NCBI GenBank assembly: GCA_000934665.2
Contig: KZ538218.1
Span: 62,001 to 100,946 of the forward strand
Reading direction: 5' to 3'
Source of the DNA: Catajapyx aquilonaris
Taxonomy: Eukaryota
DNA length: 38,946 bases
Below the pieces are notes generated by a model, which searched no databases, was not told where the DNA came from, and saw nothing but the letters and a program-made list of their open reading frames with translations. The translations under genes and the position numbers were made by a program. Positions 1-12,389 of the stretch are shown here, one piece after another (within the stretch, counting starts at the first letter, position 1; the number at the start of each line of letters is the position of its first letter).

Positions 1-926
1 ACGGCGCTGCCCAATCCACGTCAAGAGGCCGCGATTGAATTTTAATTGCCCCCCCCNCCCCCCCCCCCCCCCCCCCTCTAGCCGGACTCGCCGTCAGATG
101 CAGGCGCCGACGCCATTGATTAGTCCCGGGGCTACAGCGATGGCCGCCCTGCCCCTCTCTACCTGAGACAATAATATTATGACAAGCCGACGCATTGTCT
201 AGTGTTTAGCTTGGGAGGGAGCCAGTAGGGGGGCTGGAGCTGGGGCGGGGCAGCCTCACCTGCCGCGACGATGACAGCCGCTGAAATACGAGGCCAGATG
301 CGGCTTGCGGCCAGGAGGCGGCGGCCGCGACGGAGACGAGACGCCGACGTCGACGTGGGAACCGGATACTCTTCCCACGCCTCCACCGGCAGCTGATATG
401 GCAACCTCGCCCGTGGCCGCTCTCCAACTCGGGTGTGAATGGAGGGCCCGCGGGCGCCGTGAATGACGACGACGACCACGTCGTGGTGCTCGTCGTCCAC
501 GACAACGTCGCCCACCCTCCATTTATCCGCTGGCTGCGGCGTCACCGGCCCTATTGATTGGGAACCGAGGTGTTAATGACGTGGCCGAGTGTTGGGCACC
601 GTGTTCGTCCTACAAATGCAGAGAGGATTGTTACAGTACCATTCATGATCCGGACGGCTGGCTTAGGACTCCAACAATGCCAATGAGTTGTACGGAAATG
701 GAAACTCGGCTCGAAATATTTCTCTTTTTTTCCTGTTATTTTAAACAGGTGGTTTACTAGGCTCGAGGGATTTGCTATAGTGATTACATCGTACATCCAG
801 TTTATGGCACTGTTTTTGGCATTATATTACATTAACAACTAATAATGATATAATTGGGAGCTTCGCAAGCACGTCCAAGAGTGCCGTTTAACACGTTATC
901 CATTTACGTATCGGAATATACCACGC

Positions 927-940
927 ATAATAATAATAAC

Positions 941-1006
<66 letters not shown>
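927..1006. repeat. (TAA)n microsatellite
   Basis: About 26 units with one interruption. Confidence 0.95.
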
Positions 1007-1115
1007 TCCCGTTCAGAACACTAACCCGTCATGGAAATAAACGCAGGGTAGGGTCCGAACTCGCCTCCGATATCACGTGACAGGACACACACTTAACCTA
1101 CTTGGTCTACTAGAT
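1007..1115 (-). mobile_element. Possible degenerate tRNA-derived SINE head, with the adjacent (ATT)n as its tail
   Basis: The minus strand reads tagaccaagtaggttaag (A-box-like), cctgtcacg, then gagttcggaccc (B-box-like). Degenerate. Confidence 0.3.
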
Positions 1116-1117
1116 TA

Positions 1118-1474
1118 CACTGTACTCCTGATTATCCGGGTTCGGATTATCCGTGAATCGCCAAAAAATAAAATCAAATAATGAAGGCCCGAAAAAAATG
1201 TCAATATGTAGTCTCGCAAAAGTAGAAATAACTTACGCCAGTCTTTTTCTAAAAGACACTAAAATATAGGCTACAGGAAATACAGTATTCTTTTGATTAA
1301 ACTTATTATAGCAGCAGCATACACTATGTACAGTACATCAAAAGCCTGTGAATCGCTCATTTTTACGGTGTCTACGACCATCTTCCGATTATCCGTGTTT
1401 TCCGATTATCCGTGTTTTCCGATTATCCGGCGACACCCGTGCAGTCATTAGCCCGAATAATCGAGAGTACAGTG
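1118..1474. mobile_element. pogo/Tigger-like MITE
   Basis: Terminal inverted repeats CACTGTACTC..GATTAT(C/T)CGGG, TA on both sides, and subterminal tandem CCGATTATCCGTGTTTT repeats at about 1385-1429. Confidence 0.85.
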
Positions 1475-1727
1475 TATTTTAAATTAACACTGTTGCTTTA
1501 ATTTTCTCAAGCCAACTAAAACAAATTTGCCTCCCCCAACTTTCACCTTGCTCGAGTGCTAGGTTGAACTTTATTGACAACTATGAATGTTGCGTACGAG
1601 AGTTTTCCCTCGGAATTGTCTATAGGCGAACTTTTTCTTTGTTGAAAAATGTATGGTCTGCAGCGCAAAGGTATTGCAATCTGTGCACGTTTCCCAAGAG
1701 AACGTGCTTTCTAAAAATAACACACTC

Positions 1728-1987
1728 GGGGTCTGAAAGATGGTGTAGTGGCTTCTGTCACTGCCTTCCACCTCTGAGGTCCCATGTTCGATTCCCGGGC
1801 CGGACTGCAGATATTCTCTTCCATTTCGGCCCATTGTCTAAAAATATCCTCCTGTTCTCGATGTAGTACACCATTTGAGCTCTTTCTTTCTCGATCCCTC
1901 GTTGCTTTGTCATGATTACTATGGCGCGGCAGCGATAAGACTGTTCAAAGCCGGAACGCCTGACCCCAATGAACCAACAACAACAAC
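1728..1987 (+). mobile_element. tRNA-derived SINE
   Basis: A box TGGTGTAGTGG (1741-1751), B box GTTCGATTCC (1786-1795) and an (AAC)n tail ending near 1987. No clear target-site duplication. Confidence 0.6.
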
Positions 1988-4900
1988 TAGTGTACACTCA
2001 TTTGGTGTCTCATTGGAAGCGGCATAAATATACCTTTTTTTATTGCATGTCTCATGACGTCGACACCGGACATTGCACGTATACCTGGGGATGTATGCCT
2101 TGAAAATATTATTTAGAAGATGGCAATTATTTTATTAATCCTGCATATGGACCGGTCGAATCAACCTAAATTAAGGATAATTTGCAGAGATAGTTTACAT
2201 GCAAGCAGTACCTAATGACGTAATTATCTAACATCCATACAGATGGCCGTGTAGTAGGGTAACATGCCATGTGAGATTACATCATCGGATTGTTTACCAA
2301 CTTCATGCCTGAAGGTCTAGCCGCGTACATACTTCAGATGCAATAGTTAAATGTACAGGGTGTTACACTGCCCCACATACGAGTAGTTCAAGCGGGCAAG
2401 TGTGAGAACTGTTGTGGATTTTTTTTTTTTACTCCGTCGCTTACAATGGGTTGGTTCTTCTTAATCTATAGGCCTAGAGGTGAGAGCTGAAGACATCTTT
2501 ATCGACGGCGTATGAATAAGAGTACTGTTTCGCCCGATGCGTGCCCCACCCTGGGGAATTTCCAAAAATTTCCGTCTTCGGAACAGAAAAGGGTCATTTA
2601 CACCACCGGAAAAACTAGATCCGATCCACTTTTAGGTTGCTAGACACACGGTCAACGCCATCGTCCACCTAATGAAATCCAACTGCCCCAAGGGTCTGGT
2701 CCGTCCTGAGCCACCCATCCACAGCGATACCCGTGTAAGTGAAACAATATGGGGTGATGACTCGACCAGGGTACCCTCACGTGCCAGTGTTGATGATTCC
2801 CAATCGCTCCTCTTGATTGGTGTTCCGTGTCCTGCCCATGATATGAACAAACAGGCATAATCACCTCATTACGGTGTACTGATACTAGTCACGGGCCGGA
2901 CACTGAATCACCAGGTGATGTCGGGTCAAGGTTGTGCTAACCAGCAGGGTATTTTGGAGTGTCACCAACGTTGGCAATTTGAGGGTGGCGCTAATCCGAG
3001 CTCGTTAAGGCGGAGGGTTTCAGAGTAATAGGCCGCGTCACCTGTTTAACACGTTGGTGCCGGGAAGAAGAGGGTTAAAGGGCGGGGTTGGGTGGGTGGG
3101 TGCATCCAGCAGCCTCCGTCCTCATCTGGCTTCCCCTGGGAGCGGGCAATTGGCCCAATTGAGAGCTGAGGTCATCACTTGGCGCGCGCGCAGCTGGGGT
3201 AAAGAAGAGTCAAAAAGAATAGGGCTGAGCGTGGGAGACTACCTGCCCCCCCTTCCCTCCCTCCCCCTCCCGTATGGCCAACATGTCGGCTTCAATTGAG
3301 GCTGATGGCACCTTGCCGGCGCCAAGTTCTTGTCCGGAGCCAGTTGGCAGGCGTGGCTTCAATTAAAATCCCCCCGCAAAAGTCCAGTTAAGGCGAATGA
3401 CACCTTTAATTGGCGGGCCGTGGCGGCAGATGGCGGCGGGCAGACAGCAGCGCCGCGTTGCGGACAAATAGAGGACTGTAGCCATTGCTTCAATTGGATG
3501 GCCGAATTGAAGCCCCCGGAGGTCAACCACCTTTGGCTCCTTCCTGGCGGTGTTGCCACCTCGGGAACCACCTGTCGCCTCGACGCCTCCCCCCAGCCCC
3601 CTCGCCCGATTTACATCCGGCTGTAAAAGCGGCGAATGGCGCATTTCGCCGGCGCCTCTGTCTGGCGCCTCCTGCACATCTGCTCTAAAACGCTCCTAAG
3701 TGCTTTTAATAAGTGCCGGAATGGCCAGCGCAACCTGATTATTGAAACCAAGTAATGGCGCGGCGACGTCTTGCGGGTGGGGAGAGTAGCAGCCCTCCTG
3801 GCAACACTGGGGCATATGGCAACCCCGACTCAGATCCACGCGCCCCATTGCCCCTTTTCTTCTTACCTGCGCAAACGTTTGTTCAAGGGGTGGATTTTCA
3901 TTTTGAAAAGGCGGCGGCCAGGTGAGGTTGGCAACAATAGGGAGGCTGTAGGGATCAGCTGTCCCCCCCTCACCGTTGCATCTATCGCCCCCCCCCCCTC
4001 CCCATCGACGCTTCCCCAGCCGGATTATCATTCCTGAAGAAGTGACGAGCGAATGAATAATCAAAAGGGGGGTGCAGGCAAAGGGGGATTTCGCAGCCTG
4101 CCATCAAGTTTTTATGTGCACCCTCCCTACCACCCCGTCCCTCCACCCCGAAATTTGGTAATCCCGCAGCCTTTTGGCCCATTTAAAATTCGGCGGAATG
4201 GGAAGTATGAATAAGAAAGGGAAAGGAGGGCAATACATGCTGGCCAAAAAGTCAACCACTGCATAATAATAATTTAAGGTACATTCCCCCCCAGGGTGGT
4301 TAGTCCCACGTTATCGCGTCCCATCAGCTCCCAACATGGTCCAGTCCCATCCGATACAGAGCCGGGGACAACCCAACTCCTTGACCTTCACCCCAGAAGG
4401 TCCGTGATAATCCGAGCGCGTGTTGGAGAGCCCTGGAAGTGTTGGGATGCTAGAGTGGCGGAACGCATTTCTCAGCTTAGAGCGGCGGCGTCTGGTAACT
4501 CTGGCAGGTGCAAAGGATTAGAGGTGGGAGGCGAAATTGCGATTCCGTGTTTGCAGTGGCCGGGGAGGTGGAAGGGGGGGGGGATTAAAATGGGGCGGCT
4601 CTCCCCGGGGGAGGAGGTGGGGGGAAGTGATGGGAGAAGGCCGCGCGCTAAGTGCAGAGAAGTGGAGCTATATGCAAGGAAGGAGAAGGGGAAGAGGAGG
4701 AGGTGGGGGTGGGGCAAAGAGTGATTCCTTGCTGTTAATAATCAGGTCTGTTCAAATACCTGACACGTGAGCGTTTGCTTTTCCCAAGTTAGTCATGGTC
4801 AGGCACATGGTGACCACCTCTAAAACATAACCTGTTTCACGGGGCAGTTATCGTCAAGGAGAGGGGAGTCAACAGTGGGAGGGTCAAAGGGTGTGTGTGC

Positions 4901-7689
4901 GGATGGATGTGGTCAGTACGCAGGGAGCAGGGACGACAGCACTGCTGGTTGAGGTAGGACACGTCTCGGGGGATAAGGATTGCGACAGGGTGTGGGACAA
5001 GGACGTGGTTCTTGGACCGGTTATGTCAACATCCGATTATGGGGTGAATTTCTAACGAGAGATTTTGCCAAATTTTCTGCCATACTTTTCCAAAACGAGG
5101 TAAAATTCGATTACGTCTTGTAGAGACGGTAAATGACTAAGGGTTTATCGGATGTTATTCATTGATGGCAACAGTAATGTTCCTAAGTGAGTTACAACTC
5201 ATCTATGAGTGAGGTAGATGAATGCCTACAAAATGATGAGATAATGTAAGATAGGCGTAATGTATGACAGGGAAATTGGTGTAGCATACGGTAATGTGAA
5301 TTTATTTTAGGTAGGATTCATGCGATTTGGATCTGTCAGTCTTTCAAAGTATTATGTGAGTGGTAGCTTACTGTGGGCACTTCGTTTTTATTGAGGCTTA
5401 AGGATCAGAAGGGCAGGGCTCTCATTTTTTTTTAAATGGTCTTTTGGGCCTAAATTTGTGTGTCCGTGACAATTTGCTCGGTAATTCAGTCAGTGAGTCT
5501 CAACTTGTGGACAGCTGTCAGTCCAGATCCATACCAAGTGCGGGATGCTATAACATGTAGGATCGAAAACGAATACTACCGTTTTAATGCTGAAAGTAGA
5601 AAATAGGATAATAGGATATGTTCTGCTGCCCTCCATCCTCTCGAATCCCGAAGTCAAAATTTGTTGTTCCAGTTGATTTTGGTAATTTAGGCACAATATT
5701 ATGGATATAAAATGCATCACGTAGGTTTGATACCACTCATGTAACTTATGGAAATGAATATCCTGTTGCTTAGACTACTCGGCTGTGCAATCCGTGACAC
5801 TTGAATGTACGAAGAAATTGAGTTTTATTCAATAAACCACCAGTTGTTTCTAATAATGTAGGATGAAAATGTGACACTCGGTCCTATCGATTCCTGTCTG
5901 GTGAAAATACGCATTTCCCAATTTTCCAATTTTTTGTACAGTTTAAAATCGCCACCGTGAGATGAGTCTAATATGAGATAATTTGTACTTAGTTTTTTCT
6001 AGTAATACAGTACTAGATAACTCCCGATTTTTAGAGTTGCATATCGTTTACTAAAAGTGATATTCGGGTGATATTTATGGCCGGTTTCACCGAGCAGGTT
6101 ATAATGTATGAGGAGCTCGAAAGCAACAGCAGCCAAGTACATAATAAGAAATTGTACAGGAGAGGAGAAAACCCTGTCATTTGAAAACGGTTGCAAACTG
6201 AAAGTAGCTGACGAGATGGCATTTTTATGCATAATATTTTGATGCAAGTTTTGAAAATTGTGGATTGGTAGTTTAGCCACAAAGGAAGTCGGTTTGGATA
6301 CCGTATATAGCTGGTTTTCCTGGAAAAAGTATTTTTACCACAGAAACAGAAACAGAGAGTGTTAAAATGCTGATTCCACCACTCATGAGACAGTCTCATG
6401 TACCGTATATATGTGTCATTTAGATACGGAAAAAACTAAATTTAACACATTTAAACAACAACAACACCATCACGACATTTTCCTGTAAGGGGTAGTCAGC
6501 GATGAAGGGAGACGCAAGTTAACTCCACATTATTATGAACTAAATTAAAACCTGTCAAAATAAAACTATAAACTACCCAGTTCCACCCCTCCCTGTGTAC
6601 CTCCCTCTTCCTCTATTACTCACCCCCATTAATCAACCTACCGGCGCCGTTTACACCTGTCTAAACAAACAATAGCCTCAGCCCATGGTCCTATTGACAC
6701 ATGAACGTCTAGGCTTAACACAAGCAATGCCAGTGCCCTTAAGACAGTGACCCCCACCACTGACCCACACTGACACATTTAACATTTTGGAAAAATTTAT
6801 CGCATTGGAGCTGGCTTGATAATAATTATGCACACAAACTTGGATCTGGCTGTTTTTGCTTAGGACACGCATATTTGGAGGAATTTTTTACACCCATTTC
6901 TATGTGGCTGATGTGCTACACCATATTTGGGTACTAGGTAGAGGACAACATGGAGAGTCCAATGCCATGTCAAACTCATTTTTTCCCACGGTCGGACATA
7001 GCTGATTTTGCTTGGGAGCTCCTCGTATTATACAGTAAATCCGAGTTTATTTTCGGAAAATTCTTACTGATTACTTTTGATTGTTGTCAAGAATGGTTGC
7101 TATGACAATTCTGGTTATAACCGAGGTTCATAAATGAATGGTTTTGCAACACTGATTCCAAAAGTCAAGGTCCCTTCAGTGGAGTAATACAATGAAGATA
7201 ACCATTCTTTTAGTCATAACATTGAAATTCGTTCAATCCAGTTTTAGTGAACAGTAGCCATAATCTACTATTGCCATGAAAATTAACACAAAAATTGTCT
7301 CAGTACGGTTCCCGGCATCTCCTGTGGCAGTTTTATATCGAAAAAAATGGCAAAATCAGGAATTTACGCAATACCTAAGTATGACAAAACTGATTTTCAC
7401 TTTTCCGTCTTATATTATGAGGAACAATATTTCCGCGAAAGTTGTAGCGGTTCGCGGCATAAACATCCTTTTTGACACTCACCTGGCCTTGTCATCGTCG
7501 AAATGTGTCAAAATGAACTTAAGCAGCTTATTCTTTGACATCCGCAAGTCCTATTAGAAGAAGGACGGATCACATCCGCCATCCTGTATGTACAGTACAC
7601 AACAGCAATAGGTGACAAATTATGAAGTTCACTTGTCTACGTGATTTCAGCTAAATCAATCACGCCATTCAAAATGCCGTAGCACTATA

Positions 7690-7914
7690 CAGAGTGTTCC
7701 AAATTCGTGGCCTGTAACTGATATCGCCCGATAGTAGTTATTTTTGTGTATATAGCTTGTGCCCCAATCCATGTTTCCTATTACGCCCTGGAGGTCGAAT
7801 ATAGCAGTTTCTATAGAATGTAGCACCTGGTTAGGGGCACAAGCTACAAAAATAACTACTATCGGGCGATATCAGTTATAAACAAACGACCAACAATTTT
7901 AGAACACCCCGCTG
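7690..7914. mobile_element. Degenerate Tc1/mariner-type fold-back MITE
   Basis: TA|CAGAGTGTTC ... GAACACCCCGCTG|TA. Internal arm TAACTGATATCGCCCGATAGTAGTTATTTTTGT..TAGCTTGTGCCCC pairs with its reverse complement. Confidence 0.8.
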
Positions 7915-10900
7915 TATATGTCAAAAAAGTTCGGACAATGATATATGGCGTTTTAAAGCCGTCAGCATTCTGGGACTGGTGAAAGTTAGGCGGAAAATAC
8001 CTTAATCTTGTTAGAATCCTGATGACTGTACAGGGTGAGTCAGAACTCCTGGTCAGTCACCCGCCAGGCTACTCATTGGCCCCATACAAGTCTAATTCTA
8101 TAGGGGTGACAAAGGTCGAGACGGTTGGGTTTTTGACATATCGTATCTCACTCCTATACATTTAATATTTGTATCAAACCCAGGTGTTACGAATCATTAT
8201 GCATTACGCCAGAATACTTTTGTCCCCAAAGCGTCTTGTCAACAGATGCGTAAAGGACGTCAATATAGGCCGTATATGCCACATTCCAACGTTTTTATCG
8301 TTAGACTAAAATTATTTTTCACAACATCAAGAAAAGGAAATGGTCCTGGTTGCGGGCATCCAACTTGAGTGGGCAATCCCAAAGGTGCCATAGAGCCAAG
8401 TAACAGGTCGGCACCATCTTGATGAAGAATAAAGAATAAGCAGGTGAATTTTGAATCCGGGCGAGTGATTGGGGGTCCAGGTCGGGCAGCCCCTTCTTTG
8501 CCCCGCTGGCCCCGGCCCCTTTCCCTTATTGGCCCCAGCAGCGAAGAAGCGTAAGGAAAATAGCTGCGGTTTCTCTGAAAAATTCAGCTTGGGGGCCGTG
8601 ATTGCGGCGCTAACGCCGCCCCGGGGAGCCCCCTTGGTTGCATGATTGAGGAGGCGGGCGGGCGGGCAGCCTGGGGTATGGCCGGCCACCTGCAGCCACC
8701 TCGCCGCCGCCTCTTAAGGGCCATTCGGGGGCCGCGCCGCCACCGCAGGAAATGAGGCGATGGAGCGAGAATGGCGCCTGAATTATTCATGGCGCGGCGG
8801 CGGCGTCGGTGGCGTCGGTGGTGGTGGCGGCCAACAGGTGCCAGCTGCAGGGAAGGAGTCAGGGAAAAAGGGATAGAGGCGCCATGGGAGCCAGGGAGGG
8901 CGCCATCGATTCAGCCCGCATGGCCCTCGGCAGGTGGCGGTAACCCCTCCTGGTCCGCTCCGATCTGGCAACCCTGGCAGGCGCCTGGGCGGCGGCCAGG
9001 AGCCTGCTGACGGCCCTGATGAATGCGGGCATTTTTCACAGGCCACCAGGCAAGACGCGCGGGACAAATTAAATCAAGAGTCTCCTTGGACTTGGGTGAA
9101 GGGAGAAACCGTACGTGGGCGGGCAGGCAGGAGGTAGGGCCTCATTGTTTCTGCGCAGATGCAACAATCGACGGATTATTTCGGTATCGGAAATTGCCAA
9201 CGGGGCGGGTGTAGATGCATATGCATGAGGCCTTGCCTCGTAATTACAGCCGGTGACGGGCCAATAAGGAGGGTTTCCAAATTTTGCAGGTGCCTTCAGC
9301 CGGCAACCCTGCACCGGGGGGGTTGTGGAATAAAAAAAAAATGGCGGAAGGCCGTTTCGGGCAAAATGGCTCTGTCTTCCTGTTTGTAATGCGAGCGACG
9401 TCACGGGGAAAAAGAATTCGAAATTTATTCCAATTGCCGAGCAAGAAGATTGTAAGAATTTAGTGGGGAGGTTGTAGCCGGAGGATTTATAGGCCTGGCC
9501 TGCTTATTTTTGTAAGGGATGATGGCTAAATGGAAAGGAGCGATAGGGCAAGGTGTATCCTCCTCCCTCCCAGCCCCTGGCGCCAGGACCTCCCCTCCTA
9601 CCCACCCGCCAAAGGCCCACTAATGAAGTGTCTTTGGGCTGGTGAATAGGCCCGGTAATTCCGGAACGGGCCCGAATCAAAGAGGAGGGCCGAGTGGTGG
9701 GTGGGTAGGCGGGTGTGGGTGTTGGTGGGAGCGGGGCTGGAAATTATGCCTGGGATTAGAAGCCGTGCATCATCCGCACTTGGCGAGTTGCTGGAGTGAG
9801 GCCGTAATTCAGGGCCTCTGTTTGCCTCGCCGTGTGCACTCCACAAGCCACCACGATAAGCTCCTCTATTATGGGCCCCAGTAAGTGAAGATGCTGTTGG
9901 GGCTGATCTAATTATAATTAAGAGGTAATTTAACCATAATTAAAGGAGCTTGCCGGCAAGCTGGGAGACCGGGGGGCTTCTGAATTACAGGAAGTAAATT
10001 CAAATCAGCGTCATCGAAAATTAGCCGGCTGAGTTTGGCGGTGTTGGCTGCCTGGTTGGCTGGGGAAAATCCTACGGGTGAAAAATGAAGTCCTTGCAGG
10101 TGCTGCATGTCTTTTCGGATCCGTAAAAATTGCGGGCCCAATAGAATTACGATTGTTTCATTAGTCACAGGGCGAAGGCAATTGGTAACCGTGGCTCGGA
10201 CACGGCCAGATTTATAACCTTCAGCTGTCAGGGCGCGTCGCCTCCAAATAGGCTTCTTCCTTCTTCTTCTTTTCCCCCCCTTCTTCTATTTGTCGAGGGC
10301 GACTTGGCCCTCCCCGCTTTGTTTCGACGAATTCCAGCCAGGGCGCGGGTTTTACGACCGAATTAAAAAATATTAATTGCCGGCCGATTGGAGTTGAGAG
10401 GGCGCGGCCGACACTATCTTGCGGGGGGCTCTTGGCCGGTCGGCATTTTTCTTATTAGCATTCCAGCTCCGCCATTGGAGGAGGACTCACGCCCGATTTC
10501 CTGCAAATCAAAGAACAATTCAAAGTTTCCACTGCGGAATGAGCACGCTGCTGCAGCCCCCCTTTTCTCATTCCTTTTCCTTTTGCATCTGGCCAAGTTG
10601 AATCTCGGAGCTCCAAATGATCAAAAGGATTGTTTTACACTTCCGCCGCCGCCCTCCCCCACCCGCCCGCCTGCTCCATCCTCCTCCTCCTCCTCCTCCC
10701 ACCACCCTTCTCATCTCCTCGGCAGACGCGTCGCCACCTTCTTTTGTCGTGAACAGGGGTACCGGCTCCGCATGAATGGTTCCGAATCTAATCCGGCTTG
10801 TTCTTCGCGGCCGAGATAAAGGCCATCCGTCTCTTCCTCCCGATCGCAACGAAGAATTGCGCCTTCCGCAGGGCCGCCGGAATGAAGATTGCCGCAGCCC

Positions 10901-10944
10901 CTCCCGCTCTCACTCAACCCCCCCTGCTATCCTCATTTGCTGGG

Positions 10945-10980
10945 GAAGAAGAAGAAGAAGAAGAAGAAGAAGAATAAGAA
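10945..10980. repeat. (GAA)n microsatellite
   Basis: Read directly. Confidence 0.9.
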
Positions 10981-12340
10981 GGTTGCGCACTGCAACCCAT
11001 ATTGCAGAAGACGCCTGGTTTCTTTGTCGTCCCTTCTTTTTCATTGGCTTCGTAACGCGGTGCTGTCTTGTGTGTGGGGATGCAAGGCTCTCTTCCATCT
11101 CCACCCCACCCATTGGTAATGAGGCCAGCACACCCGGGGGGCCCTTTGAGCTGGCCGCGCCTGAGATCAAAGGAGAATTGGCCCCATTTGGCCCCCAGCA
11201 CCCCGGGCCGAAGTAAGGTGGAGGGGCGGCCTCAGGAGTCGCCCACTTGTCTTCTCCTGCATCACCTCTCGTCCAGCTTCCATCAGCTAATATTGGCTTA
11301 CCGCGGCGGTGTTTGCATTCGACAGTGCGTCGGGAGTGTCCAGAGCTGAGGGGGGAGATGGAAAGCAGGCTCTTGGGGCACCTAATCTGATTGGCCCCCG
11401 GTGAGTCAGCCACCTAACCTTAGCGCCTGGAAATACAAAGCACCTGCAGGCGCTTGGGTCGGCCATTTTTATGGAAGGTGGGTGGAAACACCGTTGGCTG
11501 GTGGGACCACCCTTGTTTTCTACCCCCTGTAAAGGTGGGGCTGTAACCTGAACCTGAAAGGTGGCCAACCCTAGGGTACGGACGCAGGTGGCCGCGCCTA
11601 TTTCCAGGGCCCATGCTGGGCCTCGATGACGACGCTTAGATTTATGGTAATGGCGCTGTGTCATCCTGGGGAAAAAGGGGAAGGGGGAAAACGAGCAGGG
11701 GTAAGTCCGGTGGAGGGTTGCGCCGATGGGTCTGGATGGATGGATGGATGGTTGGTTGGTTGGTTGATGCTGCAGGAAGAAGGACAAGTTGGCTATACCC
11801 TCCCCCCAGGTGGGCCCCTCCTCTCCCTATCGATTCCTCTTCTTCCCCCTCCTCCTTCTTCTTCTTCTACCACCCACCACCCCCTGGGGGCATTAGGAGG
11901 CTGGCAGTCCCAATTAGAGAGCGACAAATGAGTGCAACAATTACGAGTTTTTCATCCCTTGCCTCCTCCACCTCCTCCCTCGGCGGCTCTTCCTCCATGG
12001 GCCAATGCTCTTGCCGTCGCCGCCAGCAGCCAGCGCCATTACTTCCACGCCTCCAACTGCTCGCCTCAATTAGCCCCCCGGCTTGATTCCTGACAAAGTA
12101 ACAATCGGGGATTAAAAAAGGAGGAGCGGCGCAGGGTTATGGGGCCGCCTCGCCCTCCCAATGAGCCAAGGACTCGTTACTTATAAGGAGGAGGGGATTA
12201 AAAGGAAATTATGGGATTAGTGGAAGAAAGGCAGGCAGGTCCATGCTGGAGGAGGAAGAGAGGCGTCGGTGGCGGCGGACGGGCGCCGACGACGCCGACC
12301 GCCTTTGCCATCTCTTTTGGAACTGGGCCCCTCCCCTATA

Positions 12341-12371
<31 letters not shown>

Positions 12372-12389
12372 CTTCTCTCTCTCTCTCTC
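12341..12389. repeat. (CT)n/(GA)n microsatellite
   Basis: Two CT runs separated by a short interruption. Confidence 0.9.

Noticed and set aside
49..75. Poly-C/G runs containing N (also near 12830, 13970 and 30750) as G-quadruplex signals
   Set aside because: Homopolymer lengths are unreliable where base calls are ambiguous.
177..545. Overlapping minus-strand ORFs
   Set aside because: GC-rich sequence with no recognisable domain or splice support.
3637..3670. GGCGCC...GTCTG resembling a Mad/Medea/Schnurri silencer
   Set aside because: The spacer is 3 nt rather than the required 5.
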